Assembly: GCA_963674745.2 (NCBI GenBank)
Contig: CAXXDV010000003.1
Location: 96,001 to 160,000 of the forward strand
Direction of reading: 5' to 3'
DNA length: 64,000 nt
Source: Desulfosudaceae bacterium
Lineage (GTDB): Bacteria; Desulfobacterota; Desulfobacteria; Desulfobacterales; Desulfosudaceae
Part shown: one piece after another, positions 18,514 to 27,383 of the stretch
Layout: every line of letters starts with the position of its first letter
Numbering within the stretch: position 1 is the first letter of the stretch
The notes under the pieces: model-generated
The model's database searches: none
What the model saw: the letters and a program-made list of their open reading frames with translations, nothing else
What the model was told of the DNA's origin: nothing
Made by a program: the position numbers and the translations under genes

Positions 18514-21012
18514 ATGTACGAAGCGGCCAAAACAATAGAAGAACTTGAGGAAAAGCAGCAGTGGTGGTGGGCGGCTGAAAAAAAACGTTCCAAGCGGCTG
18601 GACTACCTGAGAAAAGCCATCTGGAAAAAAGGCGCCGTGGGTGGCCTTTACAATCCCGGCGTGAAAGTTGAGCTGGAAAGGCCTCAGCTCCAGACCCAGA
18701 AAGCCAGGGAACTGGAAATGTCGCCCGATCCCTGGGTAATGAAATTCGCTCACATGTTCGCCCATGTGCTGGACAACAAAACCATTTTTATTACCGATCA
18801 TTCGCAGCTGGTGGGATATAACGCCGACCTTCCCAACACCATCGGCTGGGACCCGTCGATCGCTTCAATCCTCAATGAAGAGGTCTTTAACGACCCCTCT
18901 TCCCTGCCCGAACCGATCGAAGAATCCCAGAAAATCATCGCCGATATTAAGAATTACTGGGCAGGTAAGTCCGACCTGGACAAGATTATGCCGTATCTTG
19001 ATCTGGATGACATGATGAAGGTCCTGTCCGGCGCGGTCGGTTGGGGCGTTCCCCTGGCCCGGGGCGGTTATTCCGGCAAGGATTACGAGTATATCATGAC
19101 CGGCAAGCGCGGGTTCGAAGAGGTTATTGCCGAGCTTGACAAAAATATCGACGAAGCCGACGCCAAGGTTCATGAACCCGCGGCCAGCCAGGAAATCATG
19201 GAACTTTATGACAAGATGAACAACTGGGAGGCCATGCAGATCTGTCTGGAAGCCTGTATCCGGCATGCCAAGCGATATGCCCGCCTGGCCCGGATCATTG
19301 CTGAAAATTTTGAGACCGATGAAAAACGCAAACAGGAACTCCTGCAGATCGCCGAAGTGTGTGAGCGCGTTCCGGCCCAGCCGCCGAGAACCCTTCAGGA
19401 ATCCCTGCAGTACGATCTTTTTATTCAGCTTTTCAGCCGCACCGAAGCCATTGAAGGCGCCTGGCCGGCTCGCCCGGACTATTATCACGGACCTTACTAT
19501 CAAAAGGATGTTGTCGAGGATAAACGACTTACTCACGAAGAAGCCGTGGAACTGGCCGGCGAATTTCTCATCCGGGCGGCGGAAGTGGAACAGTACAAGC
19601 CCAAGTTTGCGCGGGAAGGGCTTCAGGGCATCAGCGGTACCTGGGTCTGGACACTGGGTGGGGTCAACAAGGACGGAAGCGATGCCTGCAACGGCATGAC
19701 CATTGCCCTGCTTCAGGCGGCCCGGTTGGTGCGGGTGGCCAATCCCACCTTTGCCTTCCGCTGGCATCCCAAGGTGTCCGATGAAGTCATGAAAGAGTGC
19801 TTTGAATGCATCCGTCAGGGACTGGGATACCCTTCCATGCGCAATGACCCCATTCTGATCGCCAATGCCATGAACTGGCACGGTCATCCCATCGATGAGG
19901 CCAGGACCTGGGTACACCAGGCCTGCATGTCACCGGCGCCGACCACCAAGCACGGATTCCAGCCCATGCGCATGGCCAATGCCACCGTCAACTGCGCCAA
20001 GATTATTGAATATGTTTTTTCCAGCGGGTTTGACAATGTGTTTAATATACAGATCGGTGCGGAAACACCGCCGGTGGAGGATTTGACCGATTTTGAAAAA
20101 GTTTACGAGGCCTGGGAAACCCAGATGAAAACCCTTTTCAGCCTGTTGGTGCGGCCGGTCAACCGGGCCCGTTCTTTGGCCCCGACCATGACCCCCCGGC
20201 CCTTTTTGTCCGGTATCTCCGAACGGTCGGTTGAAAGCGGCAAGGATGTCTGCGACCCCTCCGTCAGCCGGGGGAATTCCTGGATTACGGCCTTCACCTG
20301 GGTAGAGAACGCCGACAGTCTGGCAGCCGTAAAGAAGTTGGTTTTTGACGAAAAGAAATATACCCTGGCCGAACTCAAGGAAGCCATGGACGCCAACTGG
20401 GAAGGCAAAGAAGATATGCGGCTGGATTTTGTCAAGAACACACCCAAATGGGGCAACGACGACGATTATGTGGATGATATCATGCTGCGCTGCCTGCGTT
20501 CGGCGGCCAAGTTCTCCCGGGAAATAAAAGATCCCATGGGCAACAACTGGCCGATTTTGCCCGAGAACGTCAGCGGTAACATCCATTATGCCAACGTGGT
20601 CGGCGCCCTGCCCAACGGCCGGCGCCTGGGTGATGCCCTGTATGATGGCGGTATCTCTCCGGGTCCGGGACTGGACAAAAAAGGTCCCACGGCAGTACTC
20701 AAGTCCTGCGGTAAAATCGACCATATCTCCGACGGCCGGGCGTTTCTCTTGAATCAGCGGCTTTCGCCGACCCAACTGGCCGGCGAAAAAGGCTTCCAGA
20801 TGTGGAAGGCCTATATGCGTGCCTGGGCGGATCTGGGTATTGACCATGTGCAGTTCAACATGGTCGATGACACCACCTTGCGGGCTGCCCAGAAAGATCC
20901 CGAGGATTATCAGGAAGTGATTGTGCGGGTGGCCGGATACAGCGCCCATTTTGTGGATATCAGCCGGAAAACCCAGGATAATATTATTCAACGAACCATT
21001 CAGGGATTGTAA
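18514..21012 (+). CDS. assA: Alkylsuccinate / (1-methylalkyl)succinate synthase alpha subunit (glycyl radical enzyme)
   Basis: N-terminus WWWAAEKKRSKRLDYLRK, thiyl loop HQACMSP, FECIRQGLGYP, glycyl loop RVAGYSAHF. Flanked by small Fe-S subunits. Confidence 0.95.
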   Translation: MYEAAKTIEELEEKQQWWWAAEKKRSKRLDYLRKAIWKKGAVGGLYNPGVKVELERPQLQTQKARELEMSPDPWVMKFAHMFAHVLDNKTIFITDHSQLVGYNADLPNTIGWDPSIASILNEEVFNDPSSLPEPIEESQKIIADIKNYWAGKSDLDKIMPYLDLDDMMKVLSGAVGWGVPLARGGYSGKDYEYIMTGKRGFEEVIAELDKNIDEADAKVHEPAASQEIMELYDKMNNWEAMQICLEACIRHAKRYARLARIIAENFETDEKRKQELLQIAEVCERVPAQPPRTLQESLQYDLFIQLFSRTEAIEGAWPARPDYYHGPYYQKDVVEDKRLTHEEAVELAGEFLIRAAEVEQYKPKFAREGLQGISGTWVWTLGGVNKDGSDACNGMTIALLQAARLVRVANPTFAFRWHPKVSDEVMKECFECIRQGLGYPSMRNDPILIANAMNWHGHPIDEARTWVHQACMSPAPTTKHGFQPMRMANATVNCAKIIEYVFSSGFDNVFNIQIGAETPPVEDLTDFEKVYEAWETQMKTLFSLLVRPVNRARSLAPTMTPRPFLSGISERSVESGKDVCDPSVSRGNSWITAFTWVENADSLAAVKKLVFDEKKYTLAELKEAMDANWEGKEDMRLDFVKNTPKWGNDDDYVDDIMLRCLRSAAKFSREIKDPMGNNWPILPENVSGNIHYANVVGALPNGRRLGDALYDGGISPGPGLDKKGPTAVLKSCGKIDHISDGRAFLLNQRLSPTQLAGEKGFQMWKAYMRAWADLGIDHVQFNMVDDTTLRAAQKDPEDYQEVIVRVAGYSAHFVDISRKTQDNIIQRTIQGL

Positions 21013-21027
21013 CAAGATTGAATCAGT

Positions 21028-21052
21028 GCCCGCGCCGGGAAACGGCGCGGGC
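21028..21052 (+). other. Intercistronic GC-rich stem-loop after assA
   Basis: GCCCGCGCCG-GGAAA-CGGCGCGGGC, a 10-bp stem with no U tract. Confidence 0.7.
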
Positions 21053-21094
21053 CTGTTCACTACAAAATCAATCCCGGGAGGGAGGAGGCTGATT

Positions 21095-21457
21095 ATGGCA
21101 AGAAAAAGTCGACAGGAGTTCGCCAATGCGTCCGGTGTTTTTGGGGTACAACAGACCCAGCCGGTGGAACAGGGAAAAGAGGTGCCGGATAAGCCCTGTG
21201 GTATGTGCGTGCATTTTTCCGAAAGTGCCTTTTCCAGCGACGGTCGAGGTGCCTGCAAGAAACTCAAGGAAGGCTCCAATATCAAGGTGGATCCGCCGGT
21301 TTACGTACTGGAAGGTAAAAACGGTTACATGATCAGGGCGTTGACCGACGCGGCCGGGTGCAAATATTATGAAAAAATGAAGTTCGTGGATAAAGACGGA
21401 TATGAATGCAGTGATCCGCAATTCAGGCGGACGTTGCGGCAGTTCCAGGACAAATAA
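21095..21457 (+). CDS. assB: Alkylsuccinate synthase small subunit (AssB/MasB-like), 120 aa
   Basis: RBS GGAGGAGG before ATG 21095. CGMCVHF...GRGAC...GCKYY Cys pattern of Fe-S small subunits. Confidence 0.8.
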   Translation: MARKSRQEFANASGVFGVQQTQPVEQGKEVPDKPCGMCVHFSESAFSSDGRGACKKLKEGSNIKVDPPVYVLEGKNGYMIRALTDAAGCKYYEKMKFVDKDGYECSDPQFRRTLRQFQDK

Positions 21458-21478
21458 AGTTTGATAGGAGGATAAAAT

Positions 21479-21715
21479 ATGAAATGTACAGAATGCAGCC
21501 ATGAAGCACCGATGGCGGATTTTCGCTATCTTTACAATGCCCGTATTGATGCTTCGGTCAGTATCCGGCAGTGCACCAGCTGTGGAGCACACCTTGCAGT
21601 AGATGAAATTAAGGGAGAAGTCGTCCAGACGCTGGCCGATGGGGTTGCCCCCTGGGGTAAATCCACTGGTATAGAGGGCCTGGCGGATGACGTAACCGGC
21701 CAGGCGAGCGCTTGA
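21479..21715 (+). CDS. masE: MasE-like small subunit (rubredoxin/zinc-ribbon type)
   Basis: MKCTECSH...FRYLYNARID...RQCTSC. RBS AGGAGG. Confidence 0.78.
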   Translation: MKCTECSHEAPMADFRYLYNARIDASVSIRQCTSCGAHLAVDEIKGEVVQTLADGVAPWGKSTGIEGLADDVTGQASA

Positions 21716-21804
21716 GTCACGGTTCCGATAGACAAACGCAATATGTAGAACAGGTACTTTGCCAAAGGCGCAGGGTGCCTGTTTTATTTTAAAAGGAGGA
21801 CGGC

Positions 21805-22146
21805 ATGGAGTTTTCTTGCACGGCCTGCGGTCATACCGATGACCATATGCTGTTTCCCTATCTATGCCGCAACGGCTGACCGGCCACCGGAGAATCGGAA
21901 CTCCGGCAGTGTCCCAGGTGCGGGCAGGAACTTGTATTTTCAAAAACCGAGGCCCTGAGCCGGGAAGAATCGTTGATCGATCGGCTGGTGACCGACATCA
22001 GCCGCGTCAGTCGGGGTGATGATGACGCAACACGGCAGGCCGCCATCGAGAACATGAAGAAACTTTACCGGATCAATCAGCGCTGGAACCTGCCCGGCGT
22101 AAGGGAATTTATTTTAAAGAAACAAAAGGAACTGATGGGCTGGTAA
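21805..22146 (+). CDS. MasE-paralogous 113-aa protein with in-frame TGA at codon 25 (candidate selenoprotein)
   Basis: RBS AAAAGGAGG. MEFSCTACGHTDDHMLFPYLCRNG-(TGA 21877-21879)-PATGESELRQCPRCGQEL...KELMGW-TAA. The frame fills the masE-assE gap and a hairpin follows the TGA. Confidence 0.75.
21882..21914 (+). promoter_or_regulatory. Putative bacterial SECIS element
   Basis: Stem CCGGAG (21887-92)/CTCCGG (21901-06), loop AATCGGAA with GG 18-19 nt after the TGA. Possible lower stem GGCCAC/GTGTCC. Confidence 0.6.
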
Positions 22147-22174
22147 ATCTCATTATCAGATAAGGAGACAGGCA

Positions 22175-23020
22175 ATGAACCAGGCAGAAGGCCTGACCGT
22201 ACCGGAACACGAGAAGTATTTTTTTCTGCCCCGGCCGGTAACCGAGAATCTGGACAGGATTAAACTGCTGGCCGAGCGGCATCCGGTCAATGTGCTGGTG
22301 ACCGGCCGCCAGGGTTGCGGTAAATCAACCATGGTGCGTCAGTTTGCCGCCCGCAACAATCGCCCCCTGGCCACCTTTCAGGTCGGCATGCTGTCCGAGC
22401 CCGGCCAGTTGTTCGGTGAATACCGGCTCCGCGACGGCCGGACCGAATACCAGGAATTTCTTTTTCCCAAAGCCGTGCGCACCCCCGGATGTGTGGTTCA
22501 TTTAGAAGAAATCAACCGCCCGGAACACCCCAAGGCCTTAAACATGCTGTTTTCCATTTTGTCCGATGACCGGGCCATATGGACTGATGAACTGGGGTTG
22601 GTCAAGGTTGCCCCGGGGGTTGTTTTTTTCGCCACCCTTAACGAGGGCGAGGAATTTGCCGGTACGGAGATGCTGGATGCCGCCCTGGCCGACCGGTTTT
22701 ATGTGACCATGCTGGATTATCTGCCGCCGGCCGTGGAAACCGAAGTGCTGCGCGAAAAAGGCGGTATCAGCGAGGCCGACGCCTTGACGCTGGTCAATAT
22801 CGCCAATAAACTACGGGCCAACGCCCAGGAACCCATCGTTGTTTCCACCCGTCATACGCTGATGATGGCTGAAATGATCGCCGTCGGCGCCTCGGTTCGG
22901 GAAGCCATCACTTACAGTCTTCAGATCGACCGGGATGTGCTGGAGTCGGCCCTGTTGTCTTTGCACCTTGAAACCGGTGCCACCGACAGTGGGCGGGAGG
23001 ATGATTATCAGTCCTATTAA
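22175..23020 (+). CDS. assE: MoxR-type AAA+ ATPase (AssE/BssE/MasF-like)
   Basis: GRQGCGKS, LEEINR, FATLN, ALADRF. Precedes a vWA gene. Confidence 0.85.
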   Translation: MNQAEGLTVPEHEKYFFLPRPVTENLDRIKLLAERHPVNVLVTGRQGCGKSTMVRQFAARNNRPLATFQVGMLSEPGQLFGEYRLRDGRTEYQEFLFPKAVRTPGCVVHLEEINRPEHPKALNMLFSILSDDRAIWTDELGLVKVAPGVVFFATLNEGEEFAGTEMLDAALADRFYVTMLDYLPPAVETEVLREKGGISEADALTLVNIANKLRANAQEPIVVSTRHTLMMAEMIAVGASVREAITYSLQIDRDVLESALLSLHLETGATDSGREDDYQSY

Positions 23021-24698
23021 ACCGGAAGCCTGTTCGCCGACAGCAACCGAACTGTCACGGTTCTGGGCCAGAAACCGGGGACTGTCGGAGGCCTCCGCCC
23101 TGGCCAATCTGCTCAAGTCACTGCGAAAAGTGGCCGGCCATCTGGGGCCCAATGTCGGCCAGGTCCTTTTCCCGGGCATGTCTTTTGCCGATGCCGCGGC
23201 TATTATGATTGACCCTTCACCGGCCCGTGACTCGGATTACCCTCTGAACTTCCATATTATTGATGCCCTGGTAGGCCAGGTCGTCCATGAGGCTTTTCGC
23301 AGAGTCGAATGGAGCCAACGGGTCTGGATCCTTCTGGAAGATTTTATGGGCACCATAACCGGCCGTCAGCGGGTCAGCTTTCAGAAGCTGGTCGATATGG
23401 CGGAAACGATTTATGTGGATTATGCCGCCGGCCACACAACCGCCGGTCTTTATACCCACAAAGCCCGTCACGACGCCTTGCATCAATTATTATCGCAGCA
23501 CTTCAGAACAGATACGCTGGATTTTTTTCTGCTGGCCTGGCTGCAGTCCGCCTGGCCGGATTCCGGGGAACAGATACCGGTCCTTGACGGCATACCTGCT
23601 GAACTGCTCCAGTCTTTGCGTCCGGTGCTTCAGGCATTGAAAACCATTTCCGCTTCACCTGTCCGTCCCATGGAGCGTTGCCGGCAAAGAGCCGATTTGT
23701 ATCAGCGCCAATGGCAGGCGCTGGGGTCACAAATAATGACGTTGCCGGTCAAGGACAAAACCCTTTTTTATTATCCTGAATACGGCGTTTCAAAGAAACC
23801 GGGTAAAGTTTCCGCCGGAAAAAGTCTGCCGCCTTTGCCGGCATCCTTGATTCGGGATATGGAGCTGCAGTTGACGACCGGTGCCATGGACCTGACGCCG
23901 ATTGTCCATTCCGTGGCCGGTTATGACAACCCGGATGTTGTTCGAATGTCCCGCTGGGACTACAGTCAGCCCTGCCGGCCGGTGATCGATCGCCGGATGG
24001 TGTCGCGGCTGAAATCGATTTTTCTCAACTACGGTCCCCATCGCAAAGTTACCAGTACCGGCTTGAGCTCGGGGAAGGTTGATCCCCGGCGTCTTTATCG
24101 GGCCCCTTTGACGGGTAAATGTTTCCGGCAGCGGTATACGGTGGCCGAGGACCGCTGGCAGATATGCCTGCTGATCGATGCCAGCGGATCCATGCGGGGT
24201 AATAAAATGCGGATCGTGGAAAACACCATGGCCAACCTGAACAAGGCGATTTACGGCGGCCGGAATCGACTGTCGGTCTATGCCTATTTTGAAGTCAACA
24301 ATATCTGCATGTTTTCCAGCCTTCTGTCCGATAACCGGTTGCTGACCGTGCCGCCGGCCGGCAAGACGGCCTCGGGCCAGGCGATTATCGCCGCTGCCTG
24401 GCTTATGGAAAGAGGCCATGGACGACAACGTAACCTGATCGTGCATATTACCGATGGAGAATCAAACTTCGGTTGTGATGTCCGTTATGGCATTGATTAC
24501 TGTCGCCGTGAAAAAGTATCTCTGGTTACCCTGGGGTGCGGTTGTCAGGACGTGACGGCCATGAGAAAACAATACGGGCATACGATTCAGTTTTTAAAAA
24601 GCTACGAACAACTTCCCCCGGCCATGGAGCGGCTGTTCAAACGCCTGTTTCTCCATGCTGATCCAAGTGCTGTTCCAGTAAACCAGGTAAGTAAATAA
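23001..24698 (+). CDS. assF: vWA-domain protein (AssF/BssF-like)
   Basis: SGKVDPRRLYR, MIDAS DASGSM, ITDGE. RBS GGGAGG before ATG 23001. Confidence 0.8.
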   Translation: MIISPIKPEACSPTATELSRFWARNRGLSEASALANLLKSLRKVAGHLGPNVGQVLFPGMSFADAAAIMIDPSPARDSDYPLNFHIIDALVGQVVHEAFRRVEWSQRVWILLEDFMGTITGRQRVSFQKLVDMAETIYVDYAAGHTTAGLYTHKARHDALHQLLSQHFRTDTLDFFLLAWLQSAWPDSGEQIPVLDGIPAELLQSLRPVLQALKTISASPVRPMERCRQRADLYQRQWQALGSQIMTLPVKDKTLFYYPEYGVSKKPGKVSAGKSLPPLPASLIRDMELQLTTGAMDLTPIVHSVAGYDNPDVVRMSRWDYSQPCRPVIDRRMVSRLKSIFLNYGPHRKVTSTGLSSGKVDPRRLYRAPLTGKCFRQRYTVAEDRWQICLLIDASGSMRGNKMRIVENTMANLNKAIYGGRNRLSVYAYFEVNNICMFSSLLSDNRLLTVPPAGKTASGQAIIAAAWLMERGHGRQRNLIVHITDGESNFGCDVRYGIDYCRREKVSLVTLGCGCQDVTAMRKQYGHTIQFLKSYEQLPPAMERLFKRLFLHADPSAVPVNQVSK

Positions 24699-24919
24699 AA
24701 TATTACGACCGGTTGCTGTTGAGCCGGAATATCGGTCAGCGTGAGGTGGGGTGTTTTGTCTGTTGTCATCATCGATACGCCCGGATTGCTACGTTTTGTC
24801 CCATTTCGTGGCGTTTCTCCCCAGAATTAAAATCCGCCGTGTTTTTATTTTCGATTTACCCCACGGTATTATTATTGAAAATCCTATAAAAATAATAGTT
24901 TACGAAAAAACAGATTTAT

Positions 24920-24935
24920 TGGCACCTCTCTTGCA
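24920..24935 (+). promoter_or_regulatory. Sigma-54 promoter for the acyl-CoA ligase/carboxyltransferase operon
   Basis: TGGCACCTCTCTTGCA, an exact consensus match. Confidence 0.85.
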
Positions 24936-25040
24936 GAATATCTTGCAGTTAAAGGCGGTCGCAGACTGTATGCATCTAATGCATAAAAGGTAAAACGCGT
25001 CAGTATCACGAAGAACGGATAAACAAACAAGGAGCATACC

Positions 25041-26609
25041 ATGGCAATTGAATGGAACGTCGGATACATCGCATATAAAAGGGCTTTGATGATGCCGGAC
25101 AAGGTAGCGGTTATTTATGAGGATGAGCCGGTGACCTATCAGCAGCTGAACGAGGGAGTGAATCGGTGCGCCCATATGTTGCAGCAGAAGGGTTTAAAAA
25201 AAGGCGATCGCATCTGTGCTGTTCTGCTGAACTGCATGGAGTTTCTGGAGCTGTATTTTGCGGCCGCCAAGCTGGGCATTATTTTTGTGCCCCTCAACTG
25301 GCGCATGGTCGGGCCGGAACTGGAATACCAGATCAATGATTGCGGTGCCAAGCTGCTGGCCTTTCATGACTCATTTCTGGGCAGCATTGATTTAATTCGT
25401 TCCAGCCTGAATGTCGACGCGGACAAGTTTGTCTTTCTGAAAAGCGGCAGCCCGGAACTGCCCGGCTTCAAACTGCCGGACTGTCCGGAATGGGCGGAAG
25501 ATTATCCGCTTCTGGTAAAGGACCAGAGCGACGCCGAACCGGTTCCTGAAGAACCGGTCCTGATGTCCGATCCGTTAAGCATTGTCTATACATCCGGCGT
25601 CACCGGGGATCCCAAAGGCGCGATGCTCTCACACGAACAGACCTATTACAAGAACGCCCAGGTCGGATATTATACGGATTGCACTTCGGAAGACGTACTG
25701 ATCGCCCAGATGCCGCTGTTTCATTCCGGGGGGTTGTTTATCGTGACCACACCGGGATTGTCCGCCGGCCTGACCCTGGTCATGCGGCGCGGGTTTGACG
25801 CCAATGAATTTGCCGAAGACATTCAACGTTATCGCGGTACCATTGTTTTCGCCCTGACCACCATGTGGCGGCTGATCCTGGAGACCGGCAAGCTGGATGA
25901 AATCGATGTCGGCAGTGTCCGCTGTGTGGTCGGCGGCGGCGAGCGAACACCGCCCGTTCTGTTTGATGAACTGGCCAGGCGCGGTCTTTACCTGCAGCAG
26001 GGATTCGGCCAGACGGAGAATTCGGCCATGATGGTTGTCCCCAAGGCGGACATCAAGCGGAAAATGGGGTCCATCGGAAAACCCGGCTTTTTTACCGATA
26101 TCTGGATTGCCGGACCTTCCGGCGAACGGCTGCCGCCCGGTGAAATCGGTGCGATTGTCGCCAAGGGGCCGACGGTGATGAGCGGCTACTGGAATAAGCC
26201 GGAAGAAACCGCCAGGGCCATCGTCAACGGCGTATTGGATACGGGTGATCTGGGATACATGGATGAGGAAGGCTTCTTTTATATTGTCGACCGGGCCAAA
26301 GACATGTATCGCAGCGGCGGTGAAAATGTTTATCCGGCAGAGATCGAAAAAGTGCTGCTGGGTCATCCCAAAATCAACAATATCGCTATATTCGGGGTCC
26401 CTGATAGAAAATGGGGTGAAGTGGGTATGGCCTGCGTGGTGCCGGAAAAGGGAGAGACCATTACCAAAGAAGAGATCCATCAGTTTTTAACGGAAAAGGT
26501 CGCCAAATACAAATACCCGGCCCACCTGGAGATCGTTGATGAACTTCCCATGACGGCTACCATGAAGGTGAAGAAAGGGGCCTTAAAGGAACAGTTCGCC
26601 CAGAATTGA
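25041..26609 (+). CDS. AMP-forming acyl-CoA ligase (candidate alkylsuccinate-CoA ligase)
   Basis: YTSGVTGDPKG, GFGQTE, TGDLG, SGGENVYPAEIE. Confidence 0.9.
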   Translation: MAIEWNVGYIAYKRALMMPDKVAVIYEDEPVTYQQLNEGVNRCAHMLQQKGLKKGDRICAVLLNCMEFLELYFAAAKLGIIFVPLNWRMVGPELEYQINDCGAKLLAFHDSFLGSIDLIRSSLNVDADKFVFLKSGSPELPGFKLPDCPEWAEDYPLLVKDQSDAEPVPEEPVLMSDPLSIVYTSGVTGDPKGAMLSHEQTYYKNAQVGYYTDCTSEDVLIAQMPLFHSGGLFIVTTPGLSAGLTLVMRRGFDANEFAEDIQRYRGTIVFALTTMWRLILETGKLDEIDVGSVRCVVGGGERTPPVLFDELARRGLYLQQGFGQTENSAMMVVPKADIKRKMGSIGKPGFFTDIWIAGPSGERLPPGEIGAIVAKGPTVMSGYWNKPEETARAIVNGVLDTGDLGYMDEEGFFYIVDRAKDMYRSGGENVYPAEIEKVLLGHPKINNIAIFGVPDRKWGEVGMACVVPEKGETITKEEIHQFLTEKVAKYKYPAHLEIVDELPMTATMKVKKGALKEQFAQN

Positions 26610-26731
26610 TGGCTTCGTAAAACGTCCAGGCTCTTCGTTGCGCTGCATCCTTCGGAATTTCACGTACTGCCATGTACGCTGCATTCCTCAGGATTTGCGC
26701 GTCTCGATCCTGAACCTTTTACTTTGTCATC
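26608..26731. repeat. MITE-like repeat, inverted homolog of 10137-10271
   Basis: GATGGCTTCGTAAAACGTCC...CTTTTACTTTGTCATC. Shares CTGCATTCCTCAGGATTTGC with the reverse complement of the 10.2-kb copy. Confidence 0.72.
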
Positions 26732-26769
26732 ATAACGTTGGTTTTTTACAAGTATTCTAGAAACGATCT

Positions 26770-27342
26770 ATGCTTGAGAGCAAAGAAGCCCTGATTGAAG
26801 GGATTGTCGATCTGGAAGAAGCCATGTTTGTGGCCGTAGTCCCGGAAACGCCGGCTCCCTGCCAGCAGGACACGACCACCTTTCGGATCATGCGCCGGGC
26901 CCAGTTCTCCGCCTGGCCTCAGGATGCCCTGGAAAGTTATCACGGTGATCTGTGCGAGGCGCGGAAAAACGGCAAGAACCTGATGACGCTCAAGTACGCC
27001 CGTATGGACGATCGGATTCCCCCGATCAATACCGGTCCTTTGATCGATAAGATCGTGACCATTCAGGTCGAATGGCAGTACCGGCTGTTTCAAAAATATC
27101 CGGCCCTGATCGCTCGCGGCCGTTCGGTGGAAAAAGCGGTCATGGGGGTGTCCTTTAAACGATACCTGGCCGGAGAACTTGAGACCTATTCCAGCCGTAC
27201 CCTGGCCTGTCTAAGCCGTTATGTAAAAGCGGTTTATCGAGATGGCGGCAATATGTCGGAGCAGGTATACCTGTCGATGGTCATGGGCCTGGGGTATGCG
27301 TCGCTCGAAGAAGCCGAACAAGCGGCAAAAAACAACCCATAA
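26770..27342 (+). CDS. DUF4125-like protein
   Basis: CQQD..TFRIMR.AQF..W, NLMTLKYARM, YLAGELETYS, GYASLEEAE. Confidence 0.75.
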   Translation: MLESKEALIEGIVDLEEAMFVAVVPETPAPCQQDTTTFRIMRRAQFSAWPQDALESYHGDLCEARKNGKNLMTLKYARMDDRIPPINTGPLIDKIVTIQVEWQYRLFQKYPALIARGRSVEKAVMGVSFKRYLAGELETYSSRTLACLSRYVKAVYRDGGNMSEQVYLSMVMGLGYASLEEAEQAAKNNP

Positions 27343-27383
27343 TGTGGCAAGCATTTTGAAAATTATACGGTAAGGAGATTATT

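Noticed and set aside
18514..21012. Pyruvate formate-lyase or benzylsuccinate synthase call
   Set aside because: The single-Cys QACMSP loop, AssA-type N-terminus, MasE-like subunit and neighbouring mutase fit an alkylsuccinate synthase. No bbs genes were recognised.
20921..21094. N-terminal extension of the 178-aa ORF
   Set aside because: It overlaps assA and the hairpin. A strong RBS supports ATG 21095.
1711..21285. Long antisense ORFs (1711-2922, 5454-6581, 8116-9630, 11777-13018, 18865-19917, 19930-21285)
   Set aside because: They are shadow frames of well-supported genes and show no motifs.
21805..21879. 24-aa peptide or nonsense pseudogene
   Set aside because: The frame stays open for 88 more codons, completes the Cys motif and has a SECIS-like hairpin. 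Not fully excluded.
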